Shown one piece after another: positions 9,326-18,834 of a DNA stretch of 64,000 nucleotides (position 1 is the first letter of the stretch; each line of letters begins with the position of its first letter). Made by a program: the position numbers and the translations under genes. The notes beneath the pieces were generated by a model. It was not told the DNA's origin and did not search any database. It was given only the letters and a program-made list of their open reading frames with translations. Origin of the DNA: Candidatus Thermosaccharophagus gerlachensis (GTDB taxonomy: Bacteria > Armatimonadota > Fervidibacteria > Fervidibacterales > Thermosaccharophagaceae); contig JBGOEV010000009.1 of the NCBI GenBank assembly GCA_041538025.1, positions 93 through 64,092 on the forward strand. The letters are read 5' to 3'.

Positions 9326-10792
9326 ATGGATTGTAAAGTGGCACGCATGTTTATTTCGGCTTACATAGACGGCGAGATAAATGAAGCGGATGTGGAAAGG
9401 CTTAACAAGCATCTCAAGCGCTGTGCGGAGTGTATGTCATTCTACAACTCCATGGTCACACTTAAGCGAATCCTTGCATCATCTCACGAGCCCAAACCTA
9501 AAAACGAGTTTTTAACGACAACCTTGCATCGGCTTAGAGAAGCCAAGGGGAGCCAGACCCTATCAAACAGACCGCACAATTGTAAAATTATCCAACATAA
9601 AATGCTTGAACTGCTTGATGGGGAGATTGAAGATGAGGATGCGCATGGGTTGCTTGAGCAAATAGCACGCTGTGACACGTGCACAGCAGTTTGGTTTCAA
9701 TGGGAAAGGTATATGGAGGTAATGAAATCGCTTCGTGGTTTGCCCGTGCCAGCACATCACAAGGTAGCGCTAATTGAGCGCCTGCGTGAGGAAAAGCTTT
9801 CGTTGCAAACAAAGATTCACTTTGCAGGAAAGCTTTTGCAATGGTCAAGGCAAGCCATTGTGGTTGCCATGGTTACTGCGTTCGCTTTATTGATTGCACT
9901 CTTGCTGAATCATCGCATAAAGCATACGGTGATTGTGCAACACACTGGCGAGACAGTCAAAAAAGTTTATCACGAGGGCGAGAAGCGCATTGTAACAAGC
10001 CACATTGTTAAAGAATCATCAAGTCGTCCCATACCAATCCCTCATAAACCAAGTGAACTCGTTAAACGCCCACAGCGTATAGTTCATGGAAAGCCAGTTT
10101 CAGCACCAGCAAAATTTACAGCAAGCGTAGTTGCAACTGATGAAACCGTAAAACCATCAAACATCAATGACATAAGGATAAGCCTGAAGGGGACAGGTAT
10201 TCCGATGAGAACCAATGTGGGGCGAAGGAGAGCCGGGGTGAGAGAGTTTGCAGAACGCATGCACGCAACAGTTGCGTTGCCAGTTCACCACGAGCATGAA
10301 AAGGTGGCTTCACAAATGTTAATCAAAAAAGCAAGGCAGGAAGGAATGAGTGAGCTACCGGAACTTGAAAAAATAACGAGCGGCACTCAAGTGACACATA
10401 CATTGCAGTATGGAGCACTTGAAGCAACCAAAACGAGGGACGAAGAAAAAAGCATCGCTAAGAGTCTTCCGAAGTATGGCATAGGTGTGGCATCAGGGGA
10501 AGCTGTTGATGAAGAACTTCTCTTACAAGGCGGTCTGGAAGAAGCCTTGAAGCGATGGAAAGAAGCAATGGAGCTAACATCTTCAAAAACTGTCTCGGTA
10601 GAAGGATGGCATATGATTATGGGAGCTGCTTTTCAATATCGCTCTGAAGTTGATGAGGTCAAAAGATTGAACAACTACTTTCTCGGTCGCCCTGACATCG
10701 TTGAGCGAGTTCGCCCCGGCGATACCTTCACTGGAGCAAGCCAGAACCGATGCCTTTACATAAAGCTCTTCAGGCTCGGGGTCCAATGGTGA
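9326..10792 (+). CDS. Membrane anti-sigma-factor-like protein with a tandemly duplicated zf-HC2 N-terminal domain
   Basis: aa 3-50 CKVARMFISAYIDGEINEADVERLNKHLKRCAECMSF (H-x3-C-x2-C). aa 86-135 CKIIQHKMLELLDGEIEDEDAHGLLEQIARCDTCTAVW is a second copy that lacks the His. One TM helix (AIVVAMVTAFALLIALLL), then about 290 aa of unassigned extracytoplasmic sequence. Confidence 0.7.
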   Translation: MDCKVARMFISAYIDGEINEADVERLNKHLKRCAECMSFYNSMVTLKRILASSHEPKPKNEFLTTTLHRLREAKGSQTLSNRPHNCKIIQHKMLELLDGEIEDEDAHGLLEQIARCDTCTAVWFQWERYMEVMKSLRGLPVPAHHKVALIERLREEKLSLQTKIHFAGKLLQWSRQAIVVAMVTAFALLIALLLNHRIKHTVIVQHTGETVKKVYHEGEKRIVTSHIVKESSSRPIPIPHKPSELVKRPQRIVHGKPVSAPAKFTASVVATDETVKPSNINDIRISLKGTGIPMRTNVGRRRAGVREFAERMHATVALPVHHEHEKVASQMLIKKARQEGMSELPELEKITSGTQVTHTLQYGALEATKTRDEEKSIAKSLPKYGIGVASGEAVDEELLLQGGLEEALKRWKEAMELTSSKTVSVEGWHMIMGAAFQYRSEVDEVKRLNNYFLGRPDIVERVRPGDTFTGASQNRCLYIKLFRLGVQW

Positions 10793-10830
10793 TGACCGCT
10801 ACACCTCGCTCATGGCAAGGTGAAAGGACG

Positions 10831-13587
10831 ATGAGCAAGCTAATGGTAATAGCCATGTTGTGGGTGTGCATCCTTATAGCTGTGATGGCAGGCGATCTGG
10901 CATCTTATGAGGAGTCATTCTTGCAAAATTATGCTGACAATTTGAGCACGCTCAACCATTCGCGTCTCGGGCAGGCAACAAGGATAACGATGTTCAATGA
11001 CAGGACTGAACCTCGGCTCACCAGCACGAAGCTGAAACCGGGAAGCCTTGTTCAAGGCGCTCATATCTCAACATTGCTTGGCAAAGGGACAAGTATCTCT
11101 GTGACTATTGTAAAGAGCGCCCAATTCAATCCGACTTTGTCACAGTGCTTGCAGGCAAGAAACCTTGCCATCGGAGCCGAGTCATCCCTATCATGTTGGC
11201 GTGGTGTGAAAGAGAATAACTTGTTCACAACACAGATTAGTGACACAGCGGGTCACGTAGCCAAGGTTCAACCTAAAGGTTCGCTTGTAAGATACCGCAT
11301 TGAGCATAGCTCAAATGCCTTCAAGTTGGAGTTTGAGAAAGCGCGTGTAGAAAAGGACTTCCTTTTGGGCAACGGTGCTTGGGTAAGTGAACTGAACCAT
11401 GTTGCACCTCTCCCTCGTTCGCTAAATGCTCTTAAGGGATACGAATTCTCAACACTATCGTTGTGCTCAAAGGTAGGTTCGTTTAAAGCGGATGCCAAAT
11501 GGCATTCCCTCTCGGGCAGTGGTGAAGTTGAACGCCAAAGTATTTCGTTCACCGGGCATGGGTTGAAAATGCACCTCGGTAAGACATCGGTTGAAAATGG
11601 TGCTTTGCTCACTGCCGAAGCAACTGGTGAAGAAACAAAGGCACTTGCATCAGAGTTTAAGTCTCTCTCAAAGGAATTTAAGTTGCTTAGTGTTCCAGCC
11701 ACAAACGCGTTGCGTTCGTTTTCCAAATTGCATGAAAGCGAACAGCTGTTTGTATATGAACCATCAAATGACTTCCAGCTCAGGCATGAAAGCGTAAACA
11801 TAAGCAATGCCTCAATGAAGGTTTCACAGGAAGTAAACATGCTGAGATTGTTCGGTGGGAAGCTTTCAGCAGTTAGCAAAAGAGAAGCAGTTAGCGAAAC
11901 CACAAGTGCGCAATTTTTGAAGAGCATAGGCAAAGAATCCATGGCTAACCTTATTGGGCGTTTTCAAAAGGTAACGCAGTTTACATTAGCCCCGTCAAAG
12001 ATATTTCAAGCAAGCCACTCCATTACAGAAGTTGGCTCTCCAAAAGGCTCCCAGATCACGCGCATGACGTCATTCTCGCTTCAGCCTGATAAATCAACAA
12101 GCGCCTCATTCATGTTTGGCGACATAGAATTTGAAGGTAAGCCAGAAAAAATCAAGCTGATGCAATGGAGCTTACAAAAGCAGTTTGATTTTGATGGGCA
12201 CAAAATGTCCTTCTCAAACTTCTGGCAACGAAAGAAGCCCGACGATGGCACTCCAACATTACTGAAGCGTATGGCGTTCTCGTTCTCTACTAATCCAAAG
12301 TCCGCAATGAAATTTCAATTCAACATTGTGCACACCGACACAGAACCAGATTCTCGTAGCGACGGGACTTATATGAAGATGACTCTTCACTCACCTCTCT
12401 CAAAGCATGCTTCTTTAGCAGCTACATGGGAGAACAAGCCAACACCAATTGGCTCTGTCAAAACCGGAGAATGCAATGTTGATATCTCCAAGCTTAAGCT
12501 GCGTTATTGCTACAAAGAGGAGCCAACGCCTCAAGGAATAGAGCATAAGGTTGATCAGCTTCAGTTACACCACCCGATATCAGACGAAATGAATATGGTT
12601 GTTAATGTGACATCAATTGAGCGTGGCAACGAGAGAGTTAATGAGAGGTCAGTGATGATGGTGAGCGAAAAACAACAGGAGAAGGAAACTCTCATCAAAG
12701 TCTCTATGAGTGACAGAAAAGGTCCCGACAGCGAAGAGCAAACTCAATCTGTTGTCTTCCTTCACTCGGTAACCAAAGATGTTCTAATTGCAACGGAGCT
12801 ATCGCAAACGGACGACAGGGAGGGCAACAAAGGTGAGCAACACAGCGTTTATATTGCTGCAACAGCTAAATCGGACATGAAACCACAGGTTCACATTGGT
12901 TACACGAGCGTCCGTCCGCCATCCGGTGAGGCGAATCAAGCTCCATTAGTTCGGTTAAGCCTCGGAAAGCAAAATGGTGTTCGTGTAGTTGTTGGCTACA
13001 CACTCAACCAAACACGACAATATGGGCAAATGCCAATGCGCGAGTTGGTCTTCCAATTGCCACTTGGGAAGGCGAAAATTGAAGTATACCGCTTCTTAAA
13101 TATGCCCCAGAACTGGATATCAAGGTGGTCTAAGGAATCGTGGTTCTCAAGGGCACCAATGAACCCTTTCCCAACGCTCCCAACAGGGCAGAAACTAAAC
13201 CAACTCAGCCTTGTAGATTGGGGCATGGTGTGTGTGAGCGCAAATGTCTCAAAATGTTGGACACTGCAAGTCGGTGCTTACAAACTCAGCCCATATGCGG
13301 AGACGAACTTAAACGAGGGACAAGATATATTTGCAACCCTTCAAGGCAGCTTGGGGAAGGATAGCAAACTGCATCTATCCTTCAGAAAAGTTTCCGAGAG
13401 ACGAAACTCCAAGGATGTAAAAGGCTTGATCTACGCCATCTCATATGCGTGGAAAGTTCCTCAGCGTTCGATGGATGAATGTTACCTCTCACTATCAGCG
13501 CACTACAACACGAATCAAAGAATACAACGCCCTCCTATCCCGCCTGGTGCTTACTCACTTACGCTTTCTTTTTCCTTCCGTTGGTAA
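10831..13587 (+). CDS. Large outer-membrane beta-barrel-like protein of unknown function
   Basis: Signal-like MSKLMVIAMLWVCILIAVMAG. There are long stretches of alternating polar/hydrophobic residues. The C-terminus YSLTLSFSFRW ends in an aromatic residue, as in BAM substrates. It follows the anti-sigma gene on the same strand; the track start 10750 overlaps it. Confidence 0.55.
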   Translation: MSKLMVIAMLWVCILIAVMAGDLASYEESFLQNYADNLSTLNHSRLGQATRITMFNDRTEPRLTSTKLKPGSLVQGAHISTLLGKGTSISVTIVKSAQFNPTLSQCLQARNLAIGAESSLSCWRGVKENNLFTTQISDTAGHVAKVQPKGSLVRYRIEHSSNAFKLEFEKARVEKDFLLGNGAWVSELNHVAPLPRSLNALKGYEFSTLSLCSKVGSFKADAKWHSLSGSGEVERQSISFTGHGLKMHLGKTSVENGALLTAEATGEETKALASEFKSLSKEFKLLSVPATNALRSFSKLHESEQLFVYEPSNDFQLRHESVNISNASMKVSQEVNMLRLFGGKLSAVSKREAVSETTSAQFLKSIGKESMANLIGRFQKVTQFTLAPSKIFQASHSITEVGSPKGSQITRMTSFSLQPDKSTSASFMFGDIEFEGKPEKIKLMQWSLQKQFDFDGHKMSFSNFWQRKKPDDGTPTLLKRMAFSFSTNPKSAMKFQFNIVHTDTEPDSRSDGTYMKMTLHSPLSKHASLAATWENKPTPIGSVKTGECNVDISKLKLRYCYKEEPTPQGIEHKVDQLQLHHPISDEMNMVVNVTSIERGNERVNERSVMMVSEKQQEKETLIKVSMSDRKGPDSEEQTQSVVFLHSVTKDVLIATELSQTDDREGNKGEQHSVYIAATAKSDMKPQVHIGYTSVRPPSGEANQAPLVRLSLGKQNGVRVVVGYTLNQTRQYGQMPMRELVFQLPLGKAKIEVYRFLNMPQNWISRWSKESWFSRAPMNPFPTLPTGQKLNQLSLVDWGMVCVSANVSKCWTLQVGAYKLSPYAETNLNEGQDIFATLQGSLGKDSKLHLSFRKVSERRNSKDVKGLIYAISYAWKVPQRSMDECYLSLSAHYNTNQRIQRPPIPPGAYSLTLSFSFRW

Positions 13588-13588
13588 T

Positions 13589-14410
13589 CTAAGGGGAGTT
13601 GTCATATAGGCAGCGTGGATCACCGGGGCGGTAACCTACAAGGTCTGTTATCTTTATCCATTTCACATGCCCATCTGCGAAGACAACATTTACACCTTCC
13701 ATATGTCTTGGTGCTGGGACCCAACGGCGTGCTGTGTTGTCACCATAAAGTGGGTCGGCGATGAATGTTGCACACCCAGAGTCACCACAAACATATGGGA
13801 AGAAGACGCGGAAGTCAGTTCCGGCGTCGTCTGTCCATCTTTGAGGTGGCCATGCAGGATTTGCTATGTTTCCGGCATCGCAGAGGTAAACTGTAGATGT
13901 TGGTTCCCTTAGTTCAGCCATCTGAACTGGTTCTTCATCCCAATTGAAGACATTACTATAGTCGCCGCGTCTTGCACCAATGCCTTGGACAAACAATCGG
14001 TAATGATAACCATACCCAAAGCGTATAGGTGAAGGATTAGCCCTGTAGTCCTTTGACGGGCACTGGAAAACCTGCTCACTGCGAATGTAAGGTTCAAGTA
14101 TATCCCAAGTCCAAAGGACGCCAGAGTTGCCAGTCATGCGCCCAATGTAACCTGGTGCCCAAACAACGCCCAATGGGAAACGCTCATCGTTGTCTTGAAT
14201 ATACATCCTAAAAGCTCCGTCTATTTGCTTCAGGTTGTTTATGCAAGCCGATTGTTTAGCTTTCTCCCTTGCCTTCGCAAACACTGGGAAGAGGATAGCT
14301 GCCAGCACAGCGATTATAGCTATCACAACAAGCAACTCAACGAGCGTGAAACCCTTATAGAGCATCTTTGGGTGTGCCTTCTTCACTTCCACTTGCCTCA
14401 TTGCAATCAC
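13589..14410 (-). CDS. Prepilin-type N-terminal cleavage/methylation domain protein, DUF1559 (H-X9-DG) family
   Basis: [45 protein letters not shown] at the N-terminus and [17 protein letters not shown] near the C-terminus. Confidence 0.85.
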   Translation of the reverse strand: MIAMRQVEVKKAHPKMLYKGFTLVELLVVIAIIAVLAAILFPVFAKAREKAKQSACINNLKQIDGAFRMYIQDNDERFPLGVVWAPGYIGRMTGNSGVLWTWDILEPYIRSEQVFQCPSKDYRANPSPIRFGYGYHYRLFVQGIGARRGDYSNVFNWDEEPVQMAELREPTSTVYLCDAGNIANPAWPPQRWTDDAGTDFRVFFPYVCGDSGCATFIADPLYGDNTARRWVPAPRHMEGVNVVFADGHVKWIKITDLVGYRPGDPRCLYDNSP

Positions 14411-14495
14411 CCCTCTGCTTTGTAGTTTTGTTCACATCTCATTATGGCGATGCGTTGCTAAATCGTCAAATAGCGCTATTGGCTTTTAGGTCGAC

Positions 14496-15287
14496 TCAAA
14501 GAATTGACTTCCTCAACCAGATGAGAAAGGCAGCAAGCAGACAAAGCCAAACAAGGGATCTAAGAACAGATGGCAGAAGCGAGATGAAAAAGAAGAAGAA
14601 ACTCAACGGGATGATGAGAATGAGCGTGGTTATAACTACACGCCTAAGTGAATCTGGCTGTGCTATCCATGATATGAAGTCAACCGCAAAAGAGCGGTTC
14701 AATTCATAATTGCATTTTTGGCATCTCGCTGCAATACGAGGGTTAATATTATGGCAGCGTGGGCATGCAATTCCTTTCAACTCGGCTTCCAGTTTTTTCT
14801 CTTTAGCCAAACGCAACTTGTATCTATCGCTTTGGCTCAACGGATCAAGCTTAAGTGCTTCCTCAAACTCTCTTATAGCTTCATCATACCGCTTTAACCT
14901 GAGATACACATCGCCAAGCATTGAATGAGCTGCAGCGTTTTTGGGGTCGGACCTAATTGTTGCCTTGTAGCGCTCAATCTCTTGCTCATCAAGCCAACGC
15001 CTAATTCGCTGTTCGCTTATGTGATGCAACGCCCATAATACGACCACACCCAAACAAAGACTACAGCTCAATAGAACGATGAGGATGTTCTTCCACCAAA
15101 TTATTGCGAGAACCAAACTCGCGATAGGGAGTAATATCAACACAGTGCCTTCCGTTGGAGACAGTTCACCCTCAACCAATTTCCCAACTATGGCACTTGC
15201 AACTATACCAAGAAACAATAACAACACTGCTAACTTAAATCCCTCGGTAGCTGCTTCGCCATACGCCTCAAACATAACCTCAAACAT
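14496..15287 (-). CDS. Multi-pass membrane protein with a TPR motif and a zinc ribbon
   Basis: TM helices at both ends. TPR-like NAAAHSMLGDVYLRLKRYDEAIREFEEALKLDP. CPRCHNINPRIAARCQKCNYEL is a CxxC...CxxC motif. Confidence 0.55.
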   Translation of the reverse strand: MFEVMFEAYGEAATEGFKLAVLLLFLGIVASAIVGKLVEGELSPTEGTVLILLPIASLVLAIIWWKNILIVLLSCSLCLGVVVLWALHHISEQRIRRWLDEQEIERYKATIRSDPKNAAAHSMLGDVYLRLKRYDEAIREFEEALKLDPLSQSDRYKLRLAKEKKLEAELKGIACPRCHNINPRIAARCQKCNYELNRSFAVDFISWIAQPDSLRRVVITTLILIIPLSFFFFFISLLPSVLRSLVWLCLLAAFLIWLRKSIL

Positions 15288-15299
15288 AATCTATATCTG

Positions 15300-16046
15300 T
15301 CACTGCTTAACAGAAGCGCACACAGGGCAATTAGGGTTTCGCCTCAGCTTTATCGTCATAAATGTCATCTTCATTCCATCATAAACAAGGTAGCGATTGA
15401 GCAGCAATTCGCCTATGCCAGTGAAATACTTAAGCACCTCCATTGCTTGAACCATCGCTATCAAGCCAGGTGTTGTCCCGACAACCGGAAATACACCAGG
15501 TGGTGGAGCTTCCTCAAATATGCATCTTAAGCAAGCCGTAAGACCGGGTATGATTGTTGTTGCATATCCCTCAAGACCCCAAATCGCCCCGTGAAAGAGT
15601 GGCTTCTTAGAGCGCACCGCATATGAATTGATGAGGAGCCTTGTCGGGAAATTATCCAATGCATCAACTATCACATCAACATCGTTGAGCACTTCATCCA
15701 CATTCTCTTCCGTTAAGCGTTCACATACCAAGTTCATTTCGACCTCCGGATTAAGCTTGCTCAACTTCTCAAATGCCGATTGAGGTTTCGGACGCCCTAT
15801 GTCATCGGTCCAGTGGAGCACTTGCCTATTTAGGTTGCTTTCTTCAACCACATCAGAATCTATCAACTTCAACCTCCCCACACCTGCTGCAGTCAGATAA
15901 ATGGCGACAGGGCATCCCAAGCCACCCATACCAACAATCCCAACACTTGCATTGCGCAACTTCATTTGACCTTCAACACCCCATCCATCAATGCGCATTT
16001 GCCTATCATACCTTGCACTAAACATGAAACCACCCCCTTCATGCAT
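15300..16046 (-). CDS. MoeB/ThiF/HesA-family E1-like adenylyltransferase
   Basis: RYDRQMRIDGWGVEGQMKLRNASVGIVGMGGLGCPVAIYLTAAGVGRLKLIDSDVVEESNLNRQVLH. Zn-site cysteines at CLRC...CPVC. No rhodanese domain. Confidence 0.85.
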   Translation of the reverse strand: MHEGGGFMFSARYDRQMRIDGWGVEGQMKLRNASVGIVGMGGLGCPVAIYLTAAGVGRLKLIDSDVVEESNLNRQVLHWTDDIGRPKPQSAFEKLSKLNPEVEMNLVCERLTEENVDEVLNDVDVIVDALDNFPTRLLINSYAVRSKKPLFHGAIWGLEGYATTIIPGLTACLRCIFEEAPPPGVFPVVGTTPGLIAMVQAMEVLKYFTGIGELLLNRYLVYDGMKMTFMTIKLRRNPNCPVCASVKQ

Positions 16047-16135
16047 TCTTCACTTATGCAGCTGGTGAGCTCTCAGTGGTTTGTTAAATAACTCTCTACT
16101 CTGGTGCACAATCCATATGCAACAGCCAGCATAAA

Positions 16136-16426
16136 CTAACGAAACACTGATGAACCACCAGCTATGGCTGGAATGATTGAGACTTCACTTGACTCTTTCA
16201 AAGGTGTTTCAAGCCCGTCAAGGAAGCGTATATCCTCACCATCAACGAAGATGTTAATGAACTGCCTAAGCTGTCCGGCATCGTCACATAACCTTTGTTT
16301 CATACCTGGGAATTTCTCCTCAAGCCTCTCAATCATCTCGCCAACAGTCTTAGCCTCAACAGTCACAACATCCTGATTGCCTGTTAGGCTACGCAATGGC
16401 ATTGGTATGCGAACTTGAACAGCCAC
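16136..16426 (-). CDS. MoaD/ThiS-family ubiquitin-fold sulfur-carrier-like protein with a 5-residue extension after the Gly-Gly
   Basis: ...QFINIFVDGEDIRFLDGLETPLKESSEVSIIPAIAGGSSVFR*. The track start is TTG 16444, which overlaps the hypF stop. I prefer GTG 16426, with AGGAGG at 16435-16440. Confidence 0.8.
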   Translation of the reverse strand: MAVQVRIPMPLRSLTGNQDVVTVEAKTVGEMIERLEEKFPGMKQRLCDDAGQLRQFINIFVDGEDIRFLDGLETPLKESSEVSIIPAIAGGSSVFR

Positions 16427-16440
16427 TCTCAACACCTCCT

Positions 16441-18801
16441 TCAAGCACTTTTCACTCTTGAAGCCGGTGAAGTTTGAAAGGTTTTACTTATTATAGCGCG
16501 AGTGAGCAATTTTGCATCAGCTAATGCAAGCGCTGCCATTTGACCTAAAGCTATCCCACCATCGTTTGGTGGGACTTGGTGGTGCCAGAGCACATCAAAT
16601 CCGAGTTGCTCAAGTTTATCAATTGAGCCCTCAAGCAAAAGCTTGTTCTGAAACACACCGCCTGTAAGCGCAACTTTGTTTACACCTGTTAGGGAACGCA
16701 ATTCTTGACACGCATTGACAATCATCTCAATTACGGTCACGTGGAAACGAGCTGCAAGTTGCCGTCTGTCTTCACCGCATGAAAGCAATTCAATCAAGTG
16801 CAATAGCGTTGGGCGATGGTCAAGCACGATGGAACCTTTCTCCCAATACATGTTAAAACGCAGTGGCTTAACATCAATATCCCACGCAGGTGTAGCAGCC
16901 ATCTCAAGCTCAACTGCAGCTTGCCCTTCGTATGTGGAAACATCACATATGCCAAGCAGTGCTGAGACTGCGTCAAACAACCTCCCCATGCTCGTGTTCA
17001 TTGGTGAGTTCAGCCGACGAGCCACTTGCAAAGGTATGATACGCCTTTCATCACTGCTTAGCCTCTCAACCAAGCTCTCCAAGCCACCCAAAGTGAAGAC
17101 CCTCTCTCCGAGCATCTCCCATGCGTATGCGAACGCAAGCCTTATGGGCTTTCGTATTGCAGCCTCTCCTCCAGCAAGTGGCATCTGCTTAAGATGTCCA
17201 AGACGCTTAAACCCATTTAGCTCGCAAAGCAGTATCTCTCCTCCCCATATCGTTCCATCAATCCCATATCCAGTCCCATCAAATGCGACTCCTATTACAG
17301 GCTCATAGACACCGTGCTCAACCATGCAACTCAACACATGGGCATAGTGATGTTGCACTGGAAACGAAATCTCACACCACTCCTTCGCAAGTTGGGTTGT
17401 ATGGTATCTTGGATGCATATCGCAAATAGACACTGCTGGTTCAACACCAAGCAAGTTACACAAATGGTTTATTGCGTGTCTCATGTATTCGCAAGTCTCA
17501 AAATTTTCAACATCGCCGATGTGTTGGCTCAGGACTGCCCAGTCATCCTGAGCAATGCAGAATGTGTTTTTAAGGTCAGCACCAACAGCCAGGGCAGGTG
17601 CTGGGAGATGCCTTGGCAGCTCAAAGGAAGTCGGCACATAGCCCCTCGAGCGCCTTATCACAACAGCTTCGCCAGCCATCGGACGGACAACGGAATCATC
17701 ACACGGAATGTGTATATCCCTGTCATGGAACAGGAAAAAATCAACTATGCCAGATAGACGTTTGATTGCTTCCTCATTGCGAAAGCAAATCGGTTCATCC
17801 GATATATTCCCGCTCGTCATTACAAGAACGCTCGGTGAATAGCGCATCAAAACGACATGGAGTGGTGTGTATGGTAGCATTACACCTTGATAAAGATTGT
17901 TTGGCGCCACGTTGGGGGCAATGCCACTGCCTTCTTTGTGTGGCAACAGCACAATCGGGCTCTGAGGCGAGCGCAACAGGTTCATCTCCCATTCTTCAAC
18001 TTCCACGACTTTGGTGAGTTCATTTTCATCACGACACATTATCGCAAACGGCTTTGCAGGTCGGCACTTCCTCATCCGCAACTTCTTCACAGATTCTTGA
18101 TTGCGTGCATCACACGCTATGTGAAATCCACCTAAACCTTTGATGGCGATGATATACCCTTTAGCGAGTAGCTCCCCAGCAAGACGAACAGCTTTTCCTG
18201 TCTCAGAGCAAATGACCTTGCCCTGTTCATCAGACAGCCATACCCTCGGACCACATGCTGGACATGCGTTTGGCTGTGCATGAAATCGCCTATCCTTTGG
18301 ATTATGATATTCGTATTCGCATAGCTCGCACATCTTGAACCGAGCCATTGTCGTGTTTGGGCGATCGTATGGCAAACGGAAGATTATTGTGAACCTCGGT
18401 CCACAGTTCGTGCAATTGATGAACGGGTAAAGGAAGCGACGGTCTTTTGGATCGTTTAGCTCGCGAAGACAATCCGGGCATAAAGCCACATCGGGCGGTA
18501 TAACTGGGCGAGGTTGTGATGCTGTCTCACTGCAAACTATTCTGAAACTGTTCTCAAACAGTGGCTCAACCTCATAGACTTCTACCGATGCTATCTTTGA
18601 GAGGGGTGGTGCTTCCCTTCTTAACCTCTCTACGAAAAAGTGCAGCTTCTGCTCCTCACCTTCAATCTCAATCTCAACGCTCCCGGAGGCATTCATCACA
18701 TAACCAGACAGCCCAAGCTCGCTTGCGAGCCTAAAAACAAATGGACGGAAACCAACACCTTGAACTATTCCAGTCACCTTTACTTTAAACCGCTTGAGCA
18801 C
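16441..18801 (-). CDS. hypF: [NiFe]-hydrogenase maturation carbamoyltransferase HypF
   Basis: Acylphosphatase domain (VKVTGIVQGVGFRPFVFRLA). Two Zn fingers (CPDCLRELNDPKDRRFLYPFINCTNCGPRFTII; CELCEYEYHNPKDRRFHAQPNACPACGPR). YrdC-like and Kae1-like C-terminal halves. Confidence 0.92.
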   Translation of the reverse strand: MLKRFKVKVTGIVQGVGFRPFVFRLASELGLSGYVMNASGSVEIEIEGEEQKLHFFVERLRREAPPLSKIASVEVYEVEPLFENSFRIVCSETASQPRPVIPPDVALCPDCLRELNDPKDRRFLYPFINCTNCGPRFTIIFRLPYDRPNTTMARFKMCELCEYEYHNPKDRRFHAQPNACPACGPRVWLSDEQGKVICSETGKAVRLAGELLAKGYIIAIKGLGGFHIACDARNQESVKKLRMRKCRPAKPFAIMCRDENELTKVVEVEEWEMNLLRSPQSPIVLLPHKEGSGIAPNVAPNNLYQGVMLPYTPLHVVLMRYSPSVLVMTSGNISDEPICFRNEEAIKRLSGIVDFFLFHDRDIHIPCDDSVVRPMAGEAVVIRRSRGYVPTSFELPRHLPAPALAVGADLKNTFCIAQDDWAVLSQHIGDVENFETCEYMRHAINHLCNLLGVEPAVSICDMHPRYHTTQLAKEWCEISFPVQHHYAHVLSCMVEHGVYEPVIGVAFDGTGYGIDGTIWGGEILLCELNGFKRLGHLKQMPLAGGEAAIRKPIRLAFAYAWEMLGERVFTLGGLESLVERLSSDERRIIPLQVARRLNSPMNTSMGRLFDAVSALLGICDVSTYEGQAAVELEMAATPAWDIDVKPLRFNMYWEKGSIVLDHRPTLLHLIELLSCGEDRRQLAARFHVTVIEMIVNACQELRSLTGVNKVALTGGVFQNKLLLEGSIDKLEQLGFDVLWHHQVPPNDGGIALGQMAALALADAKLLTRAIISKTFQTSPASRVKSA

Positions 18802-18834
18802 CCATTAGCCCTCCTTGTTGCCCAATAGGAAGGT

